Below, in pieces: positions 27,678 to 37,792 of a DNA stretch of 64,000 bases (positions within the stretch are counted from its first letter, which is position 1; each line of letters begins with the position of its first letter). The translations under genes and the position numbers were made by a program. Source of the stretch: an uncultured Acidobacteriota bacterium (GTDB taxonomy: Bacteria; Acidobacteriota; Vicinamibacteria; Vicinamibacterales; UBA8438); assembly GCA_913043225.1 (NCBI GenBank), contig CAJWLU010000004.1, positions 64,001 through 128,000 of the forward strand, given 5' to 3'. The notes under the pieces are model-generated. The model made no database searches, was not told the origin of the DNA, and worked only from the letters and a program-made list of their open reading frames with translations.

Positions 27678-30556
27678 GCGCCGGCTTCGGCGTACGCCTG
27701 GACCGGTGGACAGGCACAAACCAGGTTCCGGTCGCCGTGAGCGTCATCAATCCGACCAACAACCGGCCATACCTTATGCTGCCGCACGAACGGCAACGGA
27801 AATACCGCTTGCTCTCGACTGTAGGGATGTGCCCACTGATCACCGACCGCCTCGGCCGCCGTGTGGGGAGCATTCTTGAGCACGTTGTCGACCGGATCTG
27901 CCACGCCGTCAACCACCGCCTGAATCTCACCTCGAATTGCAATCAACGCGTCACAGAACCGGTCTAGTTCTTCCTGCGGCTCGCTCTCGGTCGGTTCCAC
28001 CATCATCGTCCCAGGCACCGGGAACGACACGGTCGGTGCGTGAAAACCGTAGTCCATCAGCCGTTTAGCGACATCGATCTCCGCGATCCCGTGTGGCGTA
28101 AACTCTCGCAAGTCAAAGATCAGCTCGTGCGCCACCCGCCCATTCGAGCGGGTATAGAGCGCCGGGTAGTACGGCGCGAGCCTGGCCTTGATGTAATTTG
28201 CGCCGAGGATCGCGATCTCCGTAGCACGACGCATGCCGTCAGCGCCCAACATTCGCATGTATCCGTGCGAAATAAGCTGAATGCTCGCACTGCCCCAGGG
28301 AGCCGCGGCGATCGCGGGAATCGCGCGCTCCCCTCCGACCGGCACAACCGCGTGCCCGGGAAGGTAGGGAGCAAGATGGCCCCCGACGGCGATCGGTCCC
28401 ATCCCGGGCCCTCCTCCACCGTGCGGAATGGCAAACGTCTTGTGCAGATTGATATGGCACACGTCGGCGCCAATGGCGGCGGGACTGGTCACCCCAACCT
28501 GTGCGTTCATGTTCGCGCCGTCCATGTAGACCTGGCCACCATGATGATGCACGACGGCGCAGATCTCGCGAATGGCGTCCTCGAACACCCCATGCGTCGA
28601 GGGATACGTGACCATCAGCGCGCAGAGCGCGTCGGCATGAGTCTCGACCTGTCGCCTCAAATCGTCTACGTCTACGTTGCCCGCCTCATCGCACGCCACA
28701 ATAACCACGCGCATTCCAGCCATCGCGGCAGTCGCCGGGTTCGTACCGTGAGCCGACGCCGGAATCAAGACCACATCACGCCGACCATCGCCCCGGTCGC
28801 GCTGGTACGCGCGGATCACCATCAAGCCCGCAAACTCCCCCTGCGCGCCCGAATTGGGCTGCAGCGAAACCGCGTCGAACCCGGTGATCGCACAGAGAGA
28901 CGACTCGAGCTCGCGAAACAGCGTCTGGTAGCCTTCCGACAGCGCCACCGGCATGAACGGATGCATCTCGGCGTAGGCCGGCCAGGTCACCGGCAAGATC
29001 GCCGAGGCCGCGGTCAGCTTCATCGTGCAAGACCCGAGCGGAATCATGGACGTGTCCAGCCCGATGTCCCGGCTCTCAAGACGCTTCAGGTAGCGCATCA
29101 TCTGGGTCTCGGACCGGTGTCGGTGAAACACCGGGTGCGTCATGAACGCTGAAGTCCGCTCCACCCTGTCCGACCATTCCGGAGCCTGATCCGGCACGTC
29201 CATCAGGACTGTCGGCGCCTTGGCGCCGAGCGCCGCCGCAAAAAGTTCCAGAATCTCGACTACGTCTGCCGCGGTCGTGACCTCGTCGAGGGCTATGCCC
29301 ACGCCAGTGGCGTCAACATACCGAAAATGGATACCCGCCTCGGTCGCGTGGTGCCTGAGGCGCTCCACCGTCGTCTCGGCCAGAGTGACCCTGAGCGTGT
29401 CGAAGACCGTGCCATGCACCGGGGCCGCTCCCATGGCCTCGAGCCCGTCGGCTAGTCGTCTGGCAAACCCGTGCACTCGCCGCGCAATCCCCCGCAGACC
29501 ATCCGGGCCATGATAAACACCGTAGAAGCCGGCCAAATTAGCGAGCAGCGCCTGCGCCGTGCAAATGTTCGACGTCGCGCGCTCTCTCCTGATGTGCTGT
29601 TCCCGGGTCTGCAGCGACATCCGATAGGCCGGATCGCCATGCCGATCCACGGACAAGCCGATGATCCGGCCTGGCATCTGTCGCACGTACTCGGTACGGG
29701 TAGCGAAGAACGCCGCATGGGGTCCGCCGTAGCCCATCGGCACGCCGAACCGCTGGGAATTACCAACAACCACATCGGCCCCCACCTCGCCGGGTGGCTT
29801 CAGCAAGGTTAAGGCGAGCAGGTCGGTAGCCACCGCCACCAGCGCGCCGGCACCGTGGGCGCTGGCAATCACCCCGTCGAGCGGCGCGACCTCCCCGTCC
29901 TCAGCCGGATACTGCAGCAGCACGGCGAACACCCCATCGCCTTCGGCCACCGACGTCGGGTCGCCTACCTCCACATCGATGCCGAGCGGCTCGCACCGCC
30001 CCCGCACCACGTCGATGGTCTGCGGGAAGCAGGCTGACGACACGCGCACCCGGTTCGCGTCCGGCCGCCGACGAGCCTGCACCCGATGCAGCAGCGTTAC
30101 CGCCTCGGCTGCTGCCGTGGCCTCGTCCAGCAGTGAAGCGTTGGCCACCGGCATGGCGGTCAGGTCTCCCACCATCGTCTGGAAATTCAAGAGCGCTTCC
30201 AGCCGCCCCTGGGCGACCTCGGCCTGATAGGGGGTATAGGGCGTGTACCAACCCGGGTTCTCGAAGACGTTTCGCAGGATCACGCTGGGCGTCAGGCACC
30301 CGTAGTAGCCGAGGCCGATCATGGCCCGCCCGCCCTTGTTCCCCTTTCCTACTTTGCGGATCCTAGCCAGAAACTCTAGTTCCGTTTCCGGACCTGGCAC
30401 GTCTAGCGGCGCACCGAGCCGGATATCGGCCGGCACCGCCTCATCGATGAGGGCCTCGAGCGACGAAGCGCCTACCTCCTCCAGCATCCGCTCGACGTCT
30501 GCCGCGCTCGGCCCGATATGACGATCCTCGAACCTATCCTGACGACCCTCGTTCAC
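27674..30556 (-). CDS. gcvP: Glycine dehydrogenase (decarboxylating), P protein
   Basis: YTPYQAEVAQGRLE, TREQHIRRERATSNICTAQ, PLGSCTMK and HINLHKTF motifs. Confidence 0.98.
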   Translation of the reverse strand: MNEGRQDRFEDRHIGPSAADVERMLEEVGASSLEALIDEAVPADIRLGAPLDVPGPETELEFLARIRKVGKGNKGGRAMIGLGYYGCLTPSVILRNVFENPGWYTPYTPYQAEVAQGRLEALLNFQTMVGDLTAMPVANASLLDEATAAAEAVTLLHRVQARRRPDANRVRVSSACFPQTIDVVRGRCEPLGIDVEVGDPTSVAEGDGVFAVLLQYPAEDGEVAPLDGVIASAHGAGALVAVATDLLALTLLKPPGEVGADVVVGNSQRFGVPMGYGGPHAAFFATRTEYVRQMPGRIIGLSVDRHGDPAYRMSLQTREQHIRRERATSNICTAQALLANLAGFYGVYHGPDGLRGIARRVHGFARRLADGLEAMGAAPVHGTVFDTLRVTLAETTVERLRHHATEAGIHFRYVDATGVGIALDEVTTAADVVEILELFAAALGAKAPTVLMDVPDQAPEWSDRVERTSAFMTHPVFHRHRSETQMMRYLKRLESRDIGLDTSMIPLGSCTMKLTAASAILPVTWPAYAEMHPFMPVALSEGYQTLFRELESSLCAITGFDAVSLQPNSGAQGEFAGLMVIRAYQRDRGDGRRDVVLIPASAHGTNPATAAMAGMRVVIVACDEAGNVDVDDLRRQVETHADALCALMVTYPSTHGVFEDAIREICAVVHHHGGQVYMDGANMNAQVGVTSPAAIGADVCHINLHKTFAIPHGGGGPGMGPIAVGGHLAPYLPGHAVVPVGGERAIPAIAAAPWGSASIQLISHGYMRMLGADGMRRATEIAILGANYIKARLAPYYPALYTRSNGRVAHELIFDLREFTPHGIAEIDVAKRLMDYGFHAPTVSFPVPGTMMVEPTESEPQEELDRFCDALIAIRGEIQAVVDGVADPVDNVLKNAPHTAAEAVGDQWAHPYSREQAVFPLPFVRQHKVWPVVGRIDDAHGDRNLVCACPPVQAYAEAGA

Positions 30557-30948
30557 TGGCTCTCCACCAATTCGCCATACTCCCTCGCGTTGAGCAGGCG
30601 CTCAACACCCACCCGAGAGCCAGGCTTACCTTCAAGTTCAAGCTCGATGATCCAGGTCTCGTGTGCCAACTGATTGACCGACTCAGGCCGGTCGATCAGA
30701 TCCGCGTTCACCTGGACCACCTTGCCAGCCAACGGGCAATAGAGATCGGACACCGCCTTCACCGATTCGATCGATCCGAACTGTGCCCCGGCTGCGAACT
30801 TCTGACCAACCTCGGGCAACTCTACGAAGACGACGTCACCGAGCTGCTGCTGTGCGTAGTCCGTAATGCCCACCTGCGCCATCGTGCCGTTATCGGACAC
30901 CTCTACCCATTCGTGCTCGCGTGTGTACAACAAATTATCCGGATACAT
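30553..30948 (-). CDS. gcvH: Glycine cleavage H protein
   Basis: HEWV, GITDYAQQQLGDVVFV and lipoyl-Lys ESVKAVS motifs. Confidence 0.97.
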   Translation of the reverse strand: MYPDNLLYTREHEWVEVSDNGTMAQVGITDYAQQQLGDVVFVELPEVGQKFAAGAQFGSIESVKAVSDLYCPLAGKVVQVNADLIDRPESVNQLAHETWIIELELEGKPGSRVGVERLLNAREYGELVESQ

Positions 30949-30954
30949 GGTGTT

Positions 30955-32070
30955 TCATCCTTTATCACGCTTGTAGAACGGCAGTAATACCACCTTGGCC
31001 TCCACCGGCCGATCCCTGATCTCGATCTCAAGACCAGTGCCCGGCTCTGCCATCTCACGCGGCACGTACGCGAGTCCCACCGCCCGTTCGAGGAACGGCG
31101 TTCTGGTGCCACTAGTCACCCTGCCCACGGCCTCGCCGTCTCTCAAGACGCGATAGCCGTGACGAGCAATCCCACGTCCCACCATCTCGAAACCAACGAG
31201 CTTGCTGGTCACACCTGTCTCACGCTGCCGAACGAGCGCTTCGCGGCCAATGAAGGCCGGCTTGTCCCAGCCAATCGTCCAGCCCAGCCCAGCCTCGAGC
31301 ACCGTGGTCGTGTCGTCGACGTCCTGCCCCGACAGCCGCATCGCAGCCTCGAGCCGTAGGGTATCCCGTGCGCCGAGTCCGGCCGGCCGCAACCCCTCGC
31401 CGTCGCCCGCCGACAGTAGTGCGTCCCACAGCCGGTCGGCACCCTGCGAAGGCACGAACACCTCGAACCCGTCTTCGCCCGTATAGCCAGTTCGCGAGAT
31501 CGTCGCCCGAATGCTCGCCACTTCGCCCGTAGTGAAGCGGTAGTAGCCGATCCGGTCCAATTCGACCTCGGTCAGCGTCTGCAGGATTGCCAGAGCGCGC
31601 GGTCCCTGCACGGCAATGAGCGCATAGCGACTGCTCGTGTTCACCGCCATCGCGTCGCCGATCCCCTGAATGTTCTGCTGGATCCACGCGAAGTCCGACT
31701 CGATGCAGCTCGCATTGACCACAAGCAGATAGTGACTGTCGGCTAGGCGGTAGACAAGGAGGTCGTCCACGAACGTACCTGCCTTGGTCGAGAGCACCGA
31801 ATACTGCGCGTGTCCGATCTCAAGGCTCGAGGCATCATTGGTCGAAATCCGTTGCACCGCCGCTAGCGCGTCGTCACCGGCAATCTCGATCTCGCCCATG
31901 TGACTCACATCGAAGAGTCCGGCCGCGCGGCGCACAGCCAAGTGCTCCTCGGTGATGCTGGAGTATTGCACCGGCATCTCCCACCCCCCGAAGGAGACCA
32001 TGCGAGCCCCCATCGCGACGTGACGAGAGTAAAGCGAAGTCTTCCGGAGCGTCGCCGAAGTGTCGTTCAT
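30955..32070 (-). CDS. gcvT: Glycine cleavage aminomethyltransferase T
   Basis: [30 protein letters not shown] and [12 protein letters not shown] motifs. Confidence 0.98.
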   Translation of the reverse strand: MNDTSATLRKTSLYSRHVAMGARMVSFGGWEMPVQYSSITEEHLAVRRAAGLFDVSHMGEIEIAGDDALAAVQRISTNDASSLEIGHAQYSVLSTKAGTFVDDLLVYRLADSHYLLVVNASCIESDFAWIQQNIQGIGDAMAVNTSSRYALIAVQGPRALAILQTLTEVELDRIGYYRFTTGEVASIRATISRTGYTGEDGFEVFVPSQGADRLWDALLSAGDGEGLRPAGLGARDTLRLEAAMRLSGQDVDDTTTVLEAGLGWTIGWDKPAFIGREALVRQRETGVTSKLVGFEMVGRGIARHGYRVLRDGEAVGRVTSGTRTPFLERAVGLAYVPREMAEPGTGLEIEIRDRPVEAKVVLLPFYKRDKG

Positions 32071-32322
32071 GGACCGGTGGCACCGGCTGCCTCAAGGACA
32101 GTCCGAACCGCATACCGCGGTTCAAAAAAAAGATGCGAGATGTGCAGGGGCGGCCGCAGGCCGGAGACCCGAGAACTCAACTGAGGTAAACGTACTATCG
32201 GGACCCGGTGACGGTCAAGATTCGGCGCCGGTCAGCCAGAGTCGGACGTGGGCTCCGACGTCCTTCGGCAAGCGTGACAGCGGCAACCGTGATCAGCTGC
32301 CTGGTGACCCTGGTTGCCGGGT

Positions 32323-32853
32323 CTACCCTGAGCGGTCTCGCGACCGGCGACGTCGCAGACCTGTGCGCACCAGTCCCACGGCCGCGAAAGGCCCGATTAC
32401 CGCAAGCTCGACGGCCACAGCACGCCCGAGCGACGCCCAGCAGCCTACAAGCCAGTATTGCCGGCAGACCGGATGAAATAATTCGACGGACGACATATAG
32501 AACGCAGTGTCGATCGGCCACAGCGCCATCAGCCCAAAAGGCGCCACGGTGTCGGTACCGAGCCAATCAAGCACGACGTGTGTCAGGTAGGCGGCGCCGG
32601 TGGCCGCCCAGATACGGGGCTGGCGCGGCACGACCAGTACTCCCCCCCCCACGACGAGGAGCACCGCCCCGACCGAATGGGAGGCCTCTCGATGCGCTCC
32701 GACAAGAAAGTCGGCGTCTGGCAGCATCCCTAACACCGCCAGTAGCGCCAGCCACCGCACCAGACGGGATCGGTCCCCGTCGGTCTCGGCCGCCCCTCCA
32801 ATGAGCGTTCCCGCCGCGATGCCCCCAAGTGCGTGTCCAATCGGTGTCGGCAT
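32323..32853 (-). CDS. Membrane metal-dependent hydrolase (YdjM-like)
   Basis: MPTPIGHAL, LPDAD, HREASHS and THVVLD motifs. Start set at the ATG at 32853. Confidence 0.8.
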   Translation of the reverse strand: MPTPIGHALGGIAAGTLIGGAAETDGDRSRLVRWLALLAVLGMLPDADFLVGAHREASHSVGAVLLVVGGGVLVVPRQPRIWAATGAAYLTHVVLDWLGTDTVAPFGLMALWPIDTAFYMSSVELFHPVCRQYWLVGCWASLGRAVAVELAVIGPFAAVGLVRTGLRRRRSRDRSG

Positions 32854-33017
32854 GCCTATTAGTTGATTACCATATCGCCTAAGGGACGGGATCATGCGAC
32901 TGCCTCTCTTAATCTCGCCTTCGTCGCCGGGCCCCTGCATGAACGGCTGGAGTTGATCGAGCACGACGGCCGGTGGTATCTCTTTACCGTCTGACGATTA
33001 CTGCTCCAGGAGCCCGC

Positions 33018-34055
33018 ATGTTCCAACACCTCCGCCGTCTCACCCACACCCTCACCGTGGCCGCGCTATGTCTTGGCGCCACCTCATACGCTCAGGCCCA
33101 GCCAGGCCTGGAGATCTACTGGGTGGATGTTGAAGGGGGCGCCGCCACGCTCGTGATCACGCCCAGCCGGGAGGTGATCCTAATGGACACCGGCTGGCCC
33201 CGCGACGATGCCCGCGACGCCGAACGGATCCGCAACGCCATGGCGCATGCCGCGGTTGACGAGATCGACTACCTGCTCTTCTCGCACTTTCACACGGATC
33301 ATGTGGGTGGGCTGGGGGCGCTCGACGCCCGGGTGCCAATCCGGACGATCATTGATCACGGCGACAGCGTGGAGCGTGACACCGAGCGCGGCCGTCCGCT
33401 CTGGGAGGAGTATCTTCGTCTGGCCGGCGACCGGCGGCGCTCCATCGTGCCCGGAGACAAGCTTCCCTTCAGTGGCCTCGAGTTCACGTTCGTCGGCGCC
33501 CACAGGGAGTTGATCGACTCGCCGGAGCGACGCCTACCGAACCCGCGTTGCGCCGGCATCTCTTCTCCTGAGCCGGATCTGGGGGAGAACGGACACAGTC
33601 TCGGCTACATGATCTCCCTAGGAGCGTTCCAGTTCCTGAATCTAGGCGACATGACCCCAGATCGGGAGCACGCCCTCGCTTGTCCAGAAAACCGGCTCGG
33701 GGTCGTCGACCTGTGGCAGGTAGCCCACCATGGTGGTTACGGAGCGATCCGACCCGAGCTCGCCGGCGCGCTCGAACCGACCGTTGCGGTCGTGAACAAC
33801 GGTCCTCGGAAGGGCGGCACACCCGATTCGCTGGCGGTCATCCAGCAGACCGCCGAGGTCGGCGATGTGTGGCAGTCACACCGCGCCATGATGGACGACG
33901 CCGCCCACAACACGGACGAACCACTGACGGCCAACCTAACCGAAGATGCGGAGTGCCGCGGACACTGGCTCAAGGCCACCGTGGCGCCTGATGGTCGCAG
34001 CTGGACGATGACCAACGGCCGTACCGGCTACAGCCGCAATTACCTTTCGAAGTAG
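33018..34055 (+). CDS. Exported metallo-beta-lactamase-fold hydrolase (ComEC/Rec2-like MBL domain)
   Basis: Signal peptide, then DVEGGAA, MDTG, SHFHTDHVGG (HxHxDH), LGD and VAHHG motifs. Confidence 0.85.
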   Translation: MFQHLRRLTHTLTVAALCLGATSYAQAQPGLEIYWVDVEGGAATLVITPSREVILMDTGWPRDDARDAERIRNAMAHAAVDEIDYLLFSHFHTDHVGGLGALDARVPIRTIIDHGDSVERDTERGRPLWEEYLRLAGDRRRSIVPGDKLPFSGLEFTFVGAHRELIDSPERRLPNPRCAGISSPEPDLGENGHSLGYMISLGAFQFLNLGDMTPDREHALACPENRLGVVDLWQVAHHGGYGAIRPELAGALEPTVAVVNNGPRKGGTPDSLAVIQQTAEVGDVWQSHRAMMDDAAHNTDEPLTANLTEDAECRGHWLKATVAPDGRSWTMTNGRTGYSRNYLSK

Positions 34056-34138
34056 CTCCAGCGTGCAGAGGGGGAGCAATCAGCGCGACACCGTGCCTGT
34101 CGGGTGCGCGTGGTGTTCGAGCGAAGCCCATGGACGCA

Positions 34139-34462
34139 TTAGTCGAGCTCGATCTCGATCGCGCCGGCCACCACCCTAAGCGGATGCGCACGGAGCCTCC
34201 CTCCTGCGGGTGGGGTAACGGGCGCACCGTCAGCCACCCGGAACTGGGCACCGTGCCAGAGACAGGTCACGAGACCGTCCTCACAGGCCCCCTCCGTCAG
34301 CGGTCCCCCGTTATGCGTGCAGTAGTCGTCGTAAGCCCGATAGATCCCGCCGTCATTAAATAGGGCAATCTTCCGGTCCTGCAGCCGCACACAGCGGGCC
34401 TTGCCCGGCGCCACGCCTCCCTCACTGCCTACACCGACCCATCGGCCCATCCGCGTCTCCAT
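34139..34462 (-). CDS. Rieske-type [2Fe-2S] ferredoxin
   Basis: CTHNGG...CLWHGAQF ligand boxes. Confidence 0.9.
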   Translation of the reverse strand: METRMGRWVGVGSEGGVAPGKARCVRLQDRKIALFNDGGIYRAYDDYCTHNGGPLTEGACEDGLVTCLWHGAQFRVADGAPVTPPAGGRLRAHPLRVVAGAIEIELD

Positions 34463-34840
34463 CCGCCGTCTGGCGATTACGCTCCCGGCTCAGACCGGCG
34501 TGATTGTCCCCGGTCTTTGTCATCCTTCAGTTCAGTCCACCACCAACCCTCATGCGCCCATTCTCCCCCGCAACGACGCACCGCGCCACCACCCCAGCTA
34601 CCGGCCGGACGGCGGTCAGTCCAGTGCGCTACAATGTCGCCGCTGTCACCCGACCACCGCCAGCTGGTGAGCGTCTTACCCAGCACGCGTAGCCGTCAGG
34701 GCTCCTGAAAGCTTGTGACTCAGGCCCACGGCATGCGGGCGAGGTTTTATGTCGCCAGGCTGGTCAAGGCGCTCGCGCTGGTCGACGACGAAGCTGCCGC
34801 GGTGGCAAGCTTCTGAGCCGCGTCCAAGGAGGAAGCCTAG

Positions 34841-36604
34841 ATGCTCTCGATCCTGTCGCTATTGCCCATCCTGACCGTCGCGGTGTTTCTGGTCCTGTTG
34901 CGATGGCCGGCTAGCCGGGCCATGCCACTGACCTACGCCGTGGCCGCCGTGCTGGCGCTATTCGTCTGGCAGGTTCCGGGACTCCAGGTCGTCGGCGCCA
35001 CCATCAACGGCGTCGTAATCGCACTCACGTTGCTCTACATCATCTTCGGCGCCATCCTGCTGCTGAACACGCTCCAGCAGAGCGGCGCGATCTCCGCCAT
35101 CCGTCAGGGATTCACCGATATAAGCAGCGACCGGCGGGTCCAGGTCATCATCATCGCCTGGCTCTTCGGCTCGTTCATCGAGGGCTCGGCGGGCTTCGGC
35201 ACTCCTGCAGCGGTAGCCGTTCCCCTGCTGGTCGGCCTAGGCTTTCCGGGCATGGCCGCCGTCATGTCCGGCATGATCATCCAGAGCACGCCGGTCAGCT
35301 TCGGCGCACTTGGCACCCCTATTCTCGTCGGGGTGAACACGGGGCTCTCCGCCGATCCGGTAATCGCCGAATACGCCGCCACCTTGGGTTACGCTCAGTG
35401 GGAAGAGTTCCTCGGTTTCGTGGCGCTACGCGTAGCCATTCTCCACGCTATCGCCGGCACCCTCATCCCTCTGATCCTCGTTTCGTTCCTGACCAGGTTC
35501 TTCGGGAAGGAGCGGTCGTTCGCCCAAGGCTTGCGCGTATGGCCGTTCGCGCTGTTCTCCGCCTTCGCCATGACCGTGCCGTACGTGCTCGCGGCCCGGT
35601 TTCTCGGTCCAGAGTTCCCTGCCCTTATCGGCAGCCTGACCGGCCTGGTCATTGTCGTCTCGGCTGCCAGGGCCGGCTTCCTAGTGCCCAAGCAGGAGGA
35701 CCAGTGGGACTTTGAAGACAAGAGCCATTGGCCGGCAGAGTGGACCGGCTCAGCCGACTTCAAGGACGACGACACCGGGCCGCGCATGAACCTCGTAAAG
35801 GCGTGGATGCCCTACGTGGTCGTGGCGCTCCTGCTTCTCACCTCGCGCGCCGTACCATTCTTCCGGACCTTGCTCCAGTCGGTCACGCTCACCTGGGACG
35901 GTATCCTGGGAAGCACCATCAACATGGGCGCCGTGCAGCCGTTTTATCTGCCCGGCACCTTGTTCATCGTGGCGTCGCTCATCACCGTGGCCATGCACGG
36001 CCTGTCCATACCAGCCTACGCGAAAGCGTGGTCGACTTCCCTCAAAGTCTCAGCGGCAGCCTCGGTAGCCCTGATCTTCACCGTTCCGATGGTGCAGGTC
36101 TTCCTCAACACCGGCGGCGGTGCGGCCGGCTACGACCAGATGCCAATCGTGCTCGCCGACGGGGTGGCCTCACTGGCCGGCGGCGCCTGGCCGATCTTCG
36201 CGCCCTTCATCGGCGGCATCGGCGCCGCCGTCGCTGGGAGCAACACCGTCAGCAACATGATGTTCTCGCTCTTCCAGTTTGGGATGGGCGAACGGATCCT
36301 GGCCGACCCGGTCTGGATCGTGGCGCTGCAGGCGGTCGGTGGCGCCGCCGGCAACATGATCTGTGTCCACAACGTCGTGGCGGCCTCGGCCGTCGTCGGC
36401 CTACTCGGCAAGGAAGGCTCGATCATCCGGATGACCCTGCTGCCGTTCACCTACTACGCACTCTTGCCAGGCGCCGTGGGTTACCTGATCGTGTCCTACT
36501 CCAGTTCCGGCCTCTTGAACGTGGGAACGTTGCTCGTGGCCTTGATCGCGGCGGCCGCGGCCTATTTCATCATCAAGTACGGCCGAGCCTCAGCCACCGC
36601 CTAG
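34841..36604 (+). CDS. lctP: L-lactate/glycolate permease (LctP family)
   Basis: [33 protein letters not shown] and [15 protein letters not shown] motifs; AGGAGG RBS. Confidence 0.9.
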   Translation: MLSILSLLPILTVAVFLVLLRWPASRAMPLTYAVAAVLALFVWQVPGLQVVGATINGVVIALTLLYIIFGAILLLNTLQQSGAISAIRQGFTDISSDRRVQVIIIAWLFGSFIEGSAGFGTPAAVAVPLLVGLGFPGMAAVMSGMIIQSTPVSFGALGTPILVGVNTGLSADPVIAEYAATLGYAQWEEFLGFVALRVAILHAIAGTLIPLILVSFLTRFFGKERSFAQGLRVWPFALFSAFAMTVPYVLAARFLGPEFPALIGSLTGLVIVVSAARAGFLVPKQEDQWDFEDKSHWPAEWTGSADFKDDDTGPRMNLVKAWMPYVVVALLLLTSRAVPFFRTLLQSVTLTWDGILGSTINMGAVQPFYLPGTLFIVASLITVAMHGLSIPAYAKAWSTSLKVSAAASVALIFTVPMVQVFLNTGGGAAGYDQMPIVLADGVASLAGGAWPIFAPFIGGIGAAVAGSNTVSNMMFSLFQFGMGERILADPVWIVALQAVGGAAGNMICVHNVVAASAVVGLLGKEGSIIRMTLLPFTYYALLPGAVGYLIVSYSSSGLLNVGTLLVALIAAAAAYFIIKYGRASATA

Positions 36605-36609
36605 GCGCC

Positions 36610-36999
36610 ATGAAGCTCTTCACCCTTGGCGCCCTCGACAACGAGGCGTCCGACCCCGACACGTTCGTCGGGTCGGCGCGCCTGACCAGGATGAACGGCG
36701 TGACCTCCAGCCCGCCGACCAACGTCTATCGTGTTGCGTTCGAGGCCAGCGCGCGCACCAACTGGCATACCCACTCCGGCTACCAGCTGCTACAGGTGAT
36801 CGAGGGCGTCTGTCGCTTCCAGAAGGCAGGCGAGTCGGTTCGCGAGGCGGCGGCCGGCGACCTGGTCTCCATCGCCCCTGAAGAGCGACACTGGCACGGC
36901 GCCTCGCCGGACGGACCGATGACCCACATCGCTATCAATCTCGACGCCACGACAAATTGGTTCGGCCCTGTCTCCGACGACGACTACGCCGGCGGGTAG
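36610..36999 (+). CDS. Cupin domain protein
   Basis: ARTNWHTH..Q.L...EG and HWHGA motifs. Start set at the ATG at 36610. Confidence 0.85.
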   Translation: MKLFTLGALDNEASDPDTFVGSARLTRMNGVTSSPPTNVYRVAFEASARTNWHTHSGYQLLQVIEGVCRFQKAGESVREAAAGDLVSIAPEERHWHGASPDGPMTHIAINLDATTNWFGPVSDDDYAGG

Positions 37000-37008
37000 A
37001 CCACGGTC

Positions 37009-37779
37009 ATGCCCCGGGTCGTGGTCACAACCACGGATGGTCCCTCCACGGAATTGGAGGACCGCGCGCGGAACCTAGCCGCGCGCCTGCATCAACGGTA
37101 TGTCTCACGAGAGCGCTTAACACTGCGCGTCCTGCTCGACCGGGCAGACGCCGCCGCCGTGCTGGTCCTCGGCGAAGAGTCGCTTCGCTACGGCATTCAG
37201 GGACACGCCTACGGCTTCCACCCGAACATGGCCAGGCACCGCGTCGCCACGCTGATAGCGGGACGCGCTGATCGATTGACTGACGTTGCCGCCCTGGCGT
37301 CAGGAGACCGATTTCTCGATTGCACCTGTGGACTCGGCGCGGACGCCATCGTAGCGGCGCACGTGGTTGGTACGACTGGCGCGGTAGACGCGCTCGAGGC
37401 CTCTCCCGTGCTGGCGGAGCTCGTCGCACACGGGCTGCGCCGATACCAACACCGCGATTCAGACCTCGTAGGGGCGATGCGTCGCGTGAGAGTGCGGGCC
37501 ACCAACTACCGCAATCTGTTACCGACCCTTGACGACAAAAGCTGGGACGTCGTATATCTCGACCCGATGTTCGAGACCCCTATCCTCGCCACCCACGGCC
37601 TCGACCTTGTGCGGCGCCTCGCCGTCCCCGATCGTCCCACTCGAGCAGACATCGCCCAAGCACGCCGGGTCGCCCGACGGACCGTTGTCGTAAAGGATCG
37701 AGCGCCCGGAGCCCTGCTCCGCGCGCTGGGCGTCCCCGTCGTCTCGAAGAGCCGCCGGATCTGGTACGGAAGACTTTGA
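37009..37779 (+). CDS. Class I SAM-dependent methyltransferase (RsmJ/SAM_MT-like)
   Basis: FHPNMA, LDCTCGLGADA and DVVYLDPMF motifs. Confidence 0.8.
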   Translation: MPRVVVTTTDGPSTELEDRARNLAARLHQRYVSRERLTLRVLLDRADAAAVLVLGEESLRYGIQGHAYGFHPNMARHRVATLIAGRADRLTDVAALASGDRFLDCTCGLGADAIVAAHVVGTTGAVDALEASPVLAELVAHGLRRYQHRDSDLVGAMRRVRVRATNYRNLLPTLDDKSWDVVYLDPMFETPILATHGLDLVRRLAVPDRPTRADIAQARRVARRTVVVKDRAPGALLRALGVPVVSKSRRIWYGRL

Positions 37780-37792
37780 ACCCGGACGCTGG

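Noticed and set aside
32071..32322. Glycine riboswitch upstream of gcvT
   Set aside because: A GCCGAAGG and two small hairpins are present, but the GGAGA and CUCUCAGG core elements are not. The T8 run precedes rather than follows the hairpin on the coding strand, so it is not a terminator either.
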